DNA of 49,091 bases from Candidatus Atribacteria bacterium (lineage in GTDB: Bacteria > Atribacterota > Atribacteria > Atribacterales > Caldatribacteriaceae), in NCBI GenBank assembly GCA_035593465.1, contig DAOSVE010000002.1:1-49091 (forward strand). The letters run 5' to 3'. The position numbers and the translations under genes are program-made. A model generated the notes under the pieces. It did no database searches. It was not told the DNA's origin and saw only the letters and a list, made by a program, of their open reading frames with translations. Shown in pieces: positions 26,446 to 35,100 of the stretch (its first letter is position 1; every line of letters begins with the position of its first letter).

Positions 26446-28557
26446 GTGAAAGAATATCCGTTTGGAGCAGCTTTTTTTATGCCCAGTGAGGGAATAGCTA
26501 ACGACCTGGTCAATATGAAGGCTGCTGGAATGAATGTTGCCCGGTTGGAATGGATTAAGAATGCTGTATGGGAGGCGATCGAACAATCGCCAGATACATA
26601 CTCGTTTGGCGTGATAGATGAAGTTATGGAAGCAGCAGCTAATACTTCCCTGAAGGTGATGCTGCAGATAGGTATCTACCCACCCCGTTGGGTGAGAGAT
26701 ACCTATGGTGGAACTGGTGTAGTAAATGAAAGAGGTTTAACGCCTCATCCCAGAGAGAAGTTTTCTATATGTTATGATAACCCCCAGATAATTCAGCTGG
26801 CTGAGAAATATATTAGAACCATGGTACGTAGATATAAAAATCACCCCGCCTTGTATGGATGGATATCGTGGAATGAACCACACTTGAGTAATGAAGACAT
26901 TACCTGTTATTGCCCCCACACTATGAAAGCATTTAGAATTTGGTTACAGAAGAAATATGGTAACTTGAAGACTTTGAATGAGGCATGGATAGAAGGATAT
27001 CCAGCATATACCAGCTGGGATGAAGTGGAGCCACCACGACAGATGCCGCGAGAAAGAGGAATATATCAAGCATGGCAGGACTGGCGTAACTTTATGGATG
27101 AAAACTTTTCAAATCTTCTTAAATGGGTAACCTCGGTTATTAAAGAAGAAGATGGTTATCACCCTACAAAGGTAAATTTATTAATGCCAACTTTAAATAC
27201 TACTATCATATGTTCAGATGTATGGAAAATGGCTGATACTGCTGATGAAATTGGAGTGTCACTTTTTGTTGATACCAACGAGGGTGAGTATCCCCAGTTG
27301 TTCTCCCAGAGTGCGGATTTGATTAGAAGTGCGATTGCTTACCATGACCGACCCTTCTGGCTTGACGAGACTCAGGGGGGTCCAAATTTTGTTTCACATC
27401 GCTACCCGGTACTTCCTCAAGATAAAAAAATTAGCCTTTACCCCTGGCAATCCGTTGCCCATGGAGCTAAAGGCTTCACTTACTGGATGTGGAGGCCTCT
27501 CACTATTGGTCATGAAGCAGGCGAGTTTGGCCTTGTTGGTAAAGATGGGTCGCCAAGACCACGGACAGCTGAAGCTGCCAGAGCTGGTGCGATAATCCAG
27601 AAACATACTGACATAATTCTTAATTCTGAACCAGATAATAAAGTGTGCATCATGCACTCTCAAGAAATTTTTCACCTAACTTATGGGGAGGGGCTGGATA
27701 CACACATTAAATCATTTCCGTTAGATAATCCTCCCCAAAAATCGCGCTATGCCAGTGCTCTTCTGGGAGCATACACAATACTCTGGGAAGAAAAGTTCGG
27801 TGTAGATTTTATCAGCCCTGAGCATATTGAAAATGGAGGTTTGGAAAAATATAGAGCATTGGTGATGCCGTTTCCGTATTTAATGAGTGAGGATACCGCC
27901 ATTGCAGTTAAAAATTTTGTTGCCACAGGCGGATTTCTGATTAGCGAATTTCCAAATATTATGAAAGACTTGGGAGGAAAGATATACAAAATAACCCCTG
28001 GTGCCGGTTTACGAGATATGTTTGGTTTTGAGGAAATTGATTTTGGACCAACGGATGGCAGGCCAATAGTCCTCTCTGAGAGGGCTAAAGTAGCAACCGG
28101 TCAGATGAAACAAATCGTCCAGGTCGATTCTCACTGCAATATCATAGGACGATTTCCTGATGGAAGCCCGGCGGTTATCTTCAATCGGTATGGTCAAGGT
28201 GGAGTTTTGAGTTTTTGCATGGAAGTCTTTCAGCCGGTTATGTGGAATAATCATGATGCTCTAGCAAGTCTGATTGAGAAGTTTTTACAGATTTATGGAA
28301 TAACTAAGGCAGGAGAACTGCATGGGATAGAGGAAAGCCTTGCCCGGAGAGTGGAAATTGCCGAATTAACGAATCCCAATGGTAAACTGGTGATTGTAAT
28401 TAATCATAACCACCAGGCGATAAGTGGAAGTCTATATCTCAATCAAGGAAGTAAATATATAAACCTGGAAAATGGTGAAGAGCTGATTCCAGATCGAGGA
28501 AAATTGTTTCTGAATCTGGAAGGATTTGGTGTGTTAGCTTTATTCTGTACTGCTTAG
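26446..28557 (+). CDS. GH42-like glycoside hydrolase (beta-galactosidase / alpha-L-arabinopyranosidase family)
   Basis: Acid/base context WISWNEPH (Glu about residue 144), nucleophile-like PFWLDETQGG, partial Cys cluster ITCYCPH, and a 703 aa three-domain size. Confidence 0.8.
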   Translation: MKEYPFGAAFFMPSEGIANDLVNMKAAGMNVARLEWIKNAVWEAIEQSPDTYSFGVIDEVMEAAANTSLKVMLQIGIYPPRWVRDTYGGTGVVNERGLTPHPREKFSICYDNPQIIQLAEKYIRTMVRRYKNHPALYGWISWNEPHLSNEDITCYCPHTMKAFRIWLQKKYGNLKTLNEAWIEGYPAYTSWDEVEPPRQMPRERGIYQAWQDWRNFMDENFSNLLKWVTSVIKEEDGYHPTKVNLLMPTLNTTIICSDVWKMADTADEIGVSLFVDTNEGEYPQLFSQSADLIRSAIAYHDRPFWLDETQGGPNFVSHRYPVLPQDKKISLYPWQSVAHGAKGFTYWMWRPLTIGHEAGEFGLVGKDGSPRPRTAEAARAGAIIQKHTDIILNSEPDNKVCIMHSQEIFHLTYGEGLDTHIKSFPLDNPPQKSRYASALLGAYTILWEEKFGVDFISPEHIENGGLEKYRALVMPFPYLMSEDTAIAVKNFVATGGFLISEFPNIMKDLGGKIYKITPGAGLRDMFGFEEIDFGPTDGRPIVLSERAKVATGQMKQIVQVDSHCNIIGRFPDGSPAVIFNRYGQGGVLSFCMEVFQPVMWNNHDALASLIEKFLQIYGITKAGELHGIEESLARRVEIAELTNPNGKLVIVINHNHQAISGSLYLNQGSKYINLENGEELIPDRGKLFLNLEGFGVLALFCTA

Positions 28558-28569
28558 GCAGGAAGAAAG

Positions 28570-28620
28570 TATAGTGGCAAAGGTCTCCTTCTGATTCCTC
28601 AGCTGGCCTTTGCCACTATA
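28570..28620 (+). terminator. 14 bp inverted repeat after the GH42 gene
   Basis: TATAGTGGCAAAGG (28570-83) and CCTTTGCCACTATA (28607-20) with a 23 nt loop and no clear U-run. Confidence 0.35.
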
Positions 28621-28761
28621 GAAAAATGTTAAGAGAAATGGTTCTGAGCTAATAGGTGTGGAAGCATTCTTTTTGTGGTATAAAAAGTGTATTTCTCCAG
28701 TGAACTTCCCGGTTGAGCATATTGAAAAAAGAACTCGCGGTTAGCCAGAACATCATATCAA

Positions 28762-28845
28762 GTTGACATCTATTTTTCTTTATGGTACTCTTCGATTGAG
28801 AAGTTTTTCATGTTAAATTTAACATATAAGGAGTTATTAAATTGG
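28762..28845 (+). promoter_or_regulatory. Promoter/operator cassette, copy 2
   Basis: TTGACA 28763-68, 17 nt spacer, TACTCT 28786-91, then the perfect 16 bp palindrome ATGTTAAATTTAACAT at 28810-25. Confidence 0.5.
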
Positions 28846-28982
28846 AAGTAACAAAAAAGAAGCAGGTTTATCCTCGAATTCTCAAGAAACTTGAGAAAAG
28901 TGTTGAGAACTTCACTTTAGAGATGCCTGAGGCAGAGGAGAACCTCAGGCAGTCGGGTTTTGTGTGTAAAACACTGGATTGA
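28842..28982 (+). CDS. Hypothetical 46 aa leader ORF upstream of the split transketolase (below the ORF-track size cut-off)
   Basis: AAGGAG (28828-33), 8 nt, then TTG 28842. Translation MEVTKKKQVYPRILKKLEKSVENFTLEMPEAEENLRQSGFVCKTLD, with stop TGA at 28980-82. The ORF is not conserved in cassette copy 1. Confidence 0.25.
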   Translation: MEVTKKKQVYPRILKKLEKSVENFTLEMPEAEENLRQSGFVCKTLD

Positions 28983-28986
28983 TGCC

Positions 28987-29823
28987 ATGGTGGAGAATAT
29001 TTCATTTCACGAAGAAGAGCTGAAGGATTTTGCTTCCCGGGTACGTAAGAGAATCATTAAGGCTACTTATAAGGCAGGAGTGAGCCATATTGGTGGTTCT
29101 CTTTCGGTAGTGGAGGTGCTTACCTGTCTCTACAATGGTGTTTTGAATATAAACCAGGAAAATCTTCTCTCCAGAAAGAGGGATCAATTTATCCTTTCCA
29201 AAGGTCATTCAGCTTTAGCTCTTTACTCGGTTCTTGCTGAGAAGGGATTTATGGAAGAGACACTTTTTGAAGAATATGGTGTTCGGGAGGAAACTATTTT
29301 AGGAATTCATCCTGAACTTGACGTGCCGGGAATTGATGCGGCTACTGGTTCTTTAGGACATGGTCTGGCGATTGGCATTGGTCAGGCATTAGCTTTTAAG
29401 ATGCAAGGCCTGGATTACAAAGTATGGGTTTTAACCGGGGATGGAGAGTTTAATGAGGGTACTAACTGGGAATGTCTTCCTCTTGCACTTCGTTATCAGT
29501 TGGATAACTTGGTGCTTATCGTTGATCGTAACCGACTGCAGCTTTCTGGATTTACTGAAGAACTACACCCCCTGGATCCCTTAGATGAAAAGCTGAGAGC
29601 TTTTGGTTGGTCAGTAGAGATGGTGGATGGCCATGATTTTCCCATGTTATGGAAACTTCTGGTAAGAATCAAAGAATACCGGGGCTGTAAACCCACGGTG
29701 ATTATAGCAAAAACAGTAAAGGGCAGGGGAGTTAGTGAGCTTGAAAACAAGGTAGATTCTCATTACTGTGGTGTACCGCCGGAAGTGGCCGAGAAATATC
29801 TGGGGGTTTTGCCTGATGAATAG
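28987..29823 (+). CDS. Transketolase, N-terminal (TPP-binding) subunit
   Basis: HIGGSLS, SKGHSALALY and the GDGEFNEGTNWE TPP motif. ATG 28987 is in frame with the ORF-track GTG 28960, and the start is uncertain. Confidence 0.87.
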   Translation: MVENISFHEEELKDFASRVRKRIIKATYKAGVSHIGGSLSVVEVLTCLYNGVLNINQENLLSRKRDQFILSKGHSALALYSVLAEKGFMEETLFEEYGVREETILGIHPELDVPGIDAATGSLGHGLAIGIGQALAFKMQGLDYKVWVLTGDGEFNEGTNWECLPLALRYQLDNLVLIVDRNRLQLSGFTEELHPLDPLDEKLRAFGWSVEMVDGHDFPMLWKLLVRIKEYRGCKPTVIIAKTVKGRGVSELENKVDSHYCGVPPEVAEKYLGVLPDE

Positions 29824-30748
29824 AAGAGATGCTTTTCAGGAAGTTATGCTCGAGCTTATGACGGCGGGGAAGAAAATGGTTTGTATTTCTGTGGATTCGG
29901 CTTCTCGTTTTAAAGAGGTAAAAGCCCGTTATCCTGAAAGATTTGTAGAATGTGGAATCTGTGAACAGGTAGGTATGAGTGTATGTGCCGGGTTTGCGCT
30001 CCAGGGAATGATACCGGTGATTTCTGGATACGCTACTTTTTTGACCATGAGAGCTTTTGAACAGATCCGTACCGATATTTGCAAGTGGTCACTTAATGTA
30101 AACATTTGTGGCACTGATACTGGTTTCTCTCCTCAATATTCTGGTTTTACTCATCAGGCTCTGGAAGATATTGCCCTTCTTTCTTCTCTGGATAATATTA
30201 CAGTTGCTGAAGCCTGTGATTACCAGGATGCTCTTTTGATGAGTAAATACCTTTTTGGAGAAGTAGAAGGTCCGGTATATCTTAGATTTGGTGCTCGAGG
30301 TAAAGAATGGGTCTTTGGCGAGTGTCATCAGCCTGTTAGAGCAGGGTATTTTGAGCCACTTTCAAAAGAAAATTTTGATGGGGCTGATGTAACTATTATA
30401 GCGCTGGGACAACTAGTAGAGGTGGGGCTGGAGGTTGCTGAAGTCCTGGGGGGAAAAGGGATTAAAACTTTTGTGTTTAATGCACGTTTTGTAAAGCCCC
30501 TTGCTCAAAAGATGATAGAAGAAATCGCTTCCGGTTCAAAACTGGTGGTTAGCATTGAAGAGCATTCTGTAACCGGGGGTTTGGGAGACAATTTGTTGAG
30601 GGCTTTTCACGAGGTGGGGAGAGTGCCTCGACTTTTGAAGTTTGGTGTGCCCAGCAACTTTGGCATTTCCGGGAAAAGAGACTATTTATTGCGCAAATGT
30701 GGCCTTTCAGTAGATTCGATAGCGAATCGAGTTTTGAGTGTGTTCTAA
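29816..30748 (+). CDS. Transketolase, C-terminal (pyrimidine-binding) subunit
   Basis: FVECGICEQVGMSVCAGFALQG motif. ATG 29816 overlaps the stop of the N-terminal subunit (ATGAATAG). Confidence 0.87.
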   Translation: MNRRDAFQEVMLELMTAGKKMVCISVDSASRFKEVKARYPERFVECGICEQVGMSVCAGFALQGMIPVISGYATFLTMRAFEQIRTDICKWSLNVNICGTDTGFSPQYSGFTHQALEDIALLSSLDNITVAEACDYQDALLMSKYLFGEVEGPVYLRFGARGKEWVFGECHQPVRAGYFEPLSKENFDGADVTIIALGQLVEVGLEVAEVLGGKGIKTFVFNARFVKPLAQKMIEEIASGSKLVVSIEEHSVTGGLGDNLLRAFHEVGRVPRLLKFGVPSNFGISGKRDYLLRKCGLSVDSIANRVLSVF

Positions 30749-31159
30749 ATTTATAAATATTATTATCCGTAGTAAGAAAGGGGTGATAGAAAAATCACAA
30801 AGCTTAACCCCAGAAGATCTTGCTACTCAACCTGACCGTTGAAGAGTAGAAGAATTAAAAAATGTTCAGGATTACCGTTTATACTTGTCATCCATGTGAT
30901 TGTGGACTCGGCCTCCAGTAATTGGTGAAGAACTTTATAATCAGATATAAGAGATTTGGAGCTATTCAGTAAACAAATTTGGAGGTGAACCAGCAGTGAA
31001 TTTTACGATTGACTATAAAAGATTGTACCAGGTCAGACTGTTGTTTCTTCTAAAGAAGGCAAAATAAAATCTAAGTACCTAAAATTTAGATTATTGTCGG
31101 TGTTTACCTTCAACCTCTAAAGGTTTAAAAGGATAGCTGTTTATGTTTTTTTGAGGTGT

Positions 31160-31320
31160 TGGAAGGAAATATAAACAAATTGAACAGGAGCCAGGTTATT
31201 TGTTCTCGGTACCAGTAGCGAATTTAGAAGCCTTACCAGTGAAGATAAGCTACAGATTGCTGAAATGGTTGCAAAGGCTCCCCGGGAAAGAATTTTGATT
31301 TTGGCAGGTTCGGCAAGCTT
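31160..31320 (+). pseudogene. Fragment of a DHDPS/NAL-family (class I pyruvate aldolase) gene
   Basis: Translation ...ARLFVLGTSSEFRSLTSEDKLQIAEMVAKAPRERILILAGSAS matches the G-x-x-G-L-x-V-x-G-T-T-G-E...L-T-x-E-E...V-I-A-G block. There is no N-terminus, a frameshift lies upstream, and homology is lost after about 31318. Confidence 0.55.
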
Positions 31321-31482
31321 CTTCTTCCCGGTTATGTTTCTTGGGGGGTTTATATTCTTATCGGCCTTTAGTGTAATTGAGCGGTACTGACAGAAATAAC
31401 TTAAAAAGTACCTTACCAATTTTAAGTTCTCAACTTTATTATGGTATAGTTATTAAACATGGCTTCAAGCAGGGGATGAGGT

Positions 31483-32460
31483 GTGATATTATCTGTGGAA
31501 GAAAAGGTTGAGATTCAAAACCAGGAAATAGATATGATGGTTAAAGCAGCAGAATTGTACTACGTTTCTGGCTTGACTCAGGGAGAAATTGCTAAAATTC
31601 TTGGAGTTTCTCGCCAGAAAACGTTTCGTCTGATCAAGAAAGCCCGGGAGATGGGGCTGGTAGAGGTGAAAATTCGAAGACCATCAGAAACGCATGAAAA
31701 ATTATCTTTTGAGCTGCAAAAAAAATTCTCTTTAAGGGGTGCGCTTGTAGCGAAAGCATATAGTAGCACTTTAGATAGTATTATAAAAGCAATAGCTCAA
31801 AGTGGCGCAGGCTATTTTAGGGAACAGCTACAGCCTTACAATACAATAGGTGTTGCTTATGGGAGAACTTTACACGAAGTAATACAATATTTTCCCAAAA
31901 TTGATGTGCCAGGTATAAAAGTGGTTCAGATGATGGGAGCGTACGGAGGGATAAGGTGGCAAACTCTTGCCATTGAGTTGATTAAAACTCTGGCTGATAA
32001 GTTAGGGGGAGAAGCAGTATATCTTTTTGCGCCTGCTTTTGCTGAGAGTTCCGATATTCGTGATGCATTTTTAAGGGAAAGGAGTATTCAGGAAACTTTG
32101 AAAATGGCGGAAAGTGTAGACCTTGCTCTGGTGGGAATCGGAGGGATTCAGCGTGAGGCCAGTTTACTCATAGAAACCGGGGATTTGAGAAAAGAGGAAA
32201 TCGAGGAGCTGGCAAGAGCTGGTGCTGTGGGAGGAATCTGCGGAAACTTTTTTAACGAGGAGGGAGCAATAATTATTGCTAATTTGAATTCAAGAAGAAT
32301 TGCAGTGCGACTTGAGGAATTGAGAAAAAATAGCAAAAAGGTTATCGGTATTGCTGGAGGCGAAGAGAAAAAAAGAGCTATTCTGGGTGCGTTGAAAGGG
32401 CACTGGATTACCCATTTAGTTACTGATGAAAATACTGCTCGATGGCTGCTAGAATATTGA
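31483..32460 (+). CDS. SorC/DeoR(COG2390)-family sugar-phosphate-binding transcriptional regulator
   Basis: N-terminal HTH AAELYYVSGLTQGEIAKILGVSRQKTFRLIKKAREMGLV plus a C-terminal sugar-binding domain (VGIGG...GEEKKRAILGALKG). Confidence 0.85.
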   Translation: MILSVEEKVEIQNQEIDMMVKAAELYYVSGLTQGEIAKILGVSRQKTFRLIKKAREMGLVEVKIRRPSETHEKLSFELQKKFSLRGALVAKAYSSTLDSIIKAIAQSGAGYFREQLQPYNTIGVAYGRTLHEVIQYFPKIDVPGIKVVQMMGAYGGIRWQTLAIELIKTLADKLGGEAVYLFAPAFAESSDIRDAFLRERSIQETLKMAESVDLALVGIGGIQREASLLIETGDLRKEEIEELARAGAVGGICGNFFNEEGAIIIANLNSRRIAVRLEELRKNSKKVIGIAGGEEKKRAILGALKGHWITHLVTDENTARWLLEY

Positions 32461-32519
32461 TGATTGTTTGGTCTGGAATATAAAATCGATAAAATATAAT
32501 AGTAGGGGGTGATGAAATT

Positions 32520-33041
32520 TTGTCATTTCAAAAAGAGGTTAACTGGTTAGAAGCTGGGAAAATAGCCCTAGAAACTTTGGAAAATTTGGGAGGGGTGTTC
32601 CTTGTTTCTCAAAATAAAGAAAACCTCCGCCCTAATGTGATGACCATTGGCTGGTTAGAGTTAGGAATAGTGTGGGGAAGACCAGTAATTACCGTTTTAG
32701 TTCGGCCCTCCCGTTATACCTTCTCTCTTTTGGAGAAGAATCCCTTTTTTGTAATGAGCGTTCCTCCTCTTTCCTGGAAGAAAGAAATTGACTTCTGTGG
32801 TAGCACCTCAGGAAGAGAAGTGGATAAGTTCTCCCGGTGGGGGTTTAACCCCGTTAATATAGGTAATTTCCCCGTTCCAGCTATTGGAGAGTGTGAGGTA
32901 GCCTTGGGTTGCGAAATAATACAAAAAACCAGAGTAGAAGCCGGGAGTTTTAGTGCTTCTATTCTCAATAGATTTTATCCCCAGGATGACTACCATTTTA
33001 TTTATTTTGGCGAGATAAAAGAAAGCTGGAGCAAGGGCTAA
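32520..33041 (+). CDS. Flavin reductase-like (FMN-binding split barrel) protein
   Basis: NVMTIGWLELGIVWGRPVITVLVRPSRYTFSLLEKN pattern. TTG start. Confidence 0.72.
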   Translation: MSFQKEVNWLEAGKIALETLENLGGVFLVSQNKENLRPNVMTIGWLELGIVWGRPVITVLVRPSRYTFSLLEKNPFFVMSVPPLSWKKEIDFCGSTSGREVDKFSRWGFNPVNIGNFPVPAIGECEVALGCEIIQKTRVEAGSFSASILNRFYPQDDYHFIYFGEIKESWSKG

Positions 33042-33043
33042 TT

Positions 33044-33787
33044 TTAATCCTTGGTTCCAAAAGCTTTTAGAAACTCCATGGGAAGAGGAAAAACTATTGT
33101 AGTAGCGTTCTCGGCTGAGATATCATTCAAGGTCTGGAGATAGCGCAACTGCAAGGCAATAGGATTTCTGGCGATGATTTCCGCTGCTTGAGAGAGTTTT
33201 TCTGCGGCCTGGAATTCCCCTTCGGCGCTAATTATTTTTGCTCTTCTTTCTCTTTCCGTCTCTGCTTGTCGGGCCATAGCTCTCTTTAATTCTTCAGGAA
33301 GAGTTACCTCTTTGATTTCTACTGCTGATACTTTTATCCCCCAGGGATCGGTTTTTTCATCGATTATTTTCTGCAACGCCTCATTTATTTTATCCCGATG
33401 GATGAGAAGCTCATCTAACTCTGACTGCCCCACAACGCTGCGCAGAGTGGTTTGAGAAATCAATGAGGTAGCAGATATATAATTTTCTACTTTAGTTACT
33501 GCGTCTTCAGGGTTAAGCACTCGAAAATAAACTACGGCATCTACAGTAACAGGAACGTTATCCCGGGTGATAAGAGATTGCTTGGGGACATCCATGGTTA
33601 GTACTCTTAAATCTATTTTAATCAATTGGTCCATAAATGGTATGACAAAGAAAAGTCCTGGTCCCTTTGCTCCTATTAAACGCCCCAAACGAAAGATTAC
33701 CCCTCTTTCGTACTCTCTTACTATCCGAATTGCCGAGGCTAAAATAATAACGGCGATAATCACTATTACCCAGATTACTAAACTCAT
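33044..33787 (-). CDS. SPFH/Band 7 (stomatin-like) membrane protein
   Basis: N-terminal TM segment, then [18 protein letters not shown]...[10 protein letters not shown]...[13 protein letters not shown]. Confidence 0.9.
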   Translation of the reverse strand: MSLVIWVIVIIAVIILASAIRIVREYERGVIFRLGRLIGAKGPGLFFVIPFMDQLIKIDLRVLTMDVPKQSLITRDNVPVTVDAVVYFRVLNPEDAVTKVENYISATSLISQTTLRSVVGQSELDELLIHRDKINEALQKIIDEKTDPWGIKVSAVEIKEVTLPEELKRAMARQAETERERRAKIISAEGEFQAAEKLSQAAEIIARNPIALQLRYLQTLNDISAENATTIVFPLPMEFLKAFGTKD

Positions 33788-33789
33788 TT

Positions 33790-35031
33790 TTATTCCTCCT
33801 TTTTAACGATTAAAGTTTGTCCCTCTTTTTGAGATACAACCACCTTTTCCCCTTTTTTAACTGGATTTTCCGCTTTAGACCACCATAGCTCTCCTTCTAC
33901 TATTATAAAACCTTCAGGATTCAAATCTTCTTTGGCTATGCCTGTCTGTCCGATTAAAGATTCTTTCCCTGTTACTACTTTTTTCTTCATTGCCCTCAGA
34001 GCCATACCTAGAGCAAAGGCAAAGAAAACTGTTACACAAATCACTGTGGTAATAATAATGTTCAGCGGCAAAGTTATCCCTCCTTGAACGTCAAAAAGCA
34101 TTAAGGAGCCGAAAAACAGCGCTACCGCACCTCCTGCAGTCAGTATCCCTATTCCTGGAGTAACCAAAATATCGAGGATAAAAAGTAAAAGTCCTAAAAA
34201 GATAAATAGAATACCAGTTAAGTTTATAGGAAAAACGGAAAGGGCGTAGAAAGCCAAAAGAATTAATATAGTTCCAAAAACTCCAGGAATAATAGCTCCA
34301 GGATTAGAAAGCTCAAATATGATTCCCAGAGCACCAATTACTAAAAAGAGGTAGGCTAAAGTGGGGTCTAAAAGGAAATGAAGAAATTTTTCCTTTCCCT
34401 TCATCTCCACTTCCAAGATATGAGGGTTTTTAATCCCTAATTTTTCTATAACTTCTTCTGGGCTCTCGGCAATCCCATCAATCACACCTTTTTCTTGCGC
34501 TTCTTTTTCAGTGAGAGAGAGGCTTTCCCTCACCATTTTTTCTGCTATTTCTGGATTACGTCCTCGAGTTTCTGCTAATGTTTTAATAAAAGAAGCTGAA
34601 TCATTAACTATTTTTTCACCTACCTCTTGTCCTTCTATGGTTACAGGATGAGCAGCTCCAATAGTGGTATTGGGACTCATAAAAGCATGGTGAGAAGCCA
34701 TAACAATGAAGCTTCCTGCTGATGCGGCTCGACTACCAGGAGGATAAACATAGGTAATCACCGGAAGAGGAGATTGGAGGATAGCTTTAACTATATTACG
34801 CATAGATTCTTCTAATCCTCCTGGAGTATCTAAAAGGATCAAGATGGCTTGAGCTTCTTCTTTTTCTCCCTCTTCTATCAAGCGGACGACAAATTGCTCG
34901 GTGACTGGATTGATAACTCCTTCTAATTTGCCTATTACAACTTTTTCTTGAGCTGCGACAAAAGAATTCCAGGAAAGAATAGCAACAACCAATAATAACA
35001 GCAAAATAATTTTTAAATTTTTTCTTTTCAT
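33790..35031 (-). CDS. NfeD-family membrane-bound ClpP-class serine protease
   Basis: ILLDTPGGL and RAASAGSFI protease core, multiple TM segments and a C-terminal OB-like NfeD domain. It lies immediately upstream of the SPFH gene, the classic pairing. Confidence 0.87.
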   Translation of the reverse strand: MKRKNLKIILLLLLVVAILSWNSFVAAQEKVVIGKLEGVINPVTEQFVVRLIEEGEKEEAQAILILLDTPGGLEESMRNIVKAILQSPLPVITYVYPPGSRAASAGSFIVMASHHAFMSPNTTIGAAHPVTIEGQEVGEKIVNDSASFIKTLAETRGRNPEIAEKMVRESLSLTEKEAQEKGVIDGIAESPEEVIEKLGIKNPHILEVEMKGKEKFLHFLLDPTLAYLFLVIGALGIIFELSNPGAIIPGVFGTILILLAFYALSVFPINLTGILFIFLGLLLFILDILVTPGIGILTAGGAVALFFGSLMLFDVQGGITLPLNIIITTVICVTVFFAFALGMALRAMKKKVVTGKESLIGQTGIAKEDLNPEGFIIVEGELWWSKAENPVKKGEKVVVSQKEGQTLIVKKEE

Positions 35032-35100
35032 TATTTTAATTTTATCATAAAATTGTAGTATAATACAGTTCCTTATTAGAGGAAGAAAGGATGAAGTCTT

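Noticed and set aside
28960-30748. The split transketolase as a frameshifted pseudogene of a single tkt gene.
   Set aside because: The N- and C-terminal halves are each complete domains and are joined by a clean ATGAATAG start/stop overlap. Two-subunit transketolases are a well-known arrangement.
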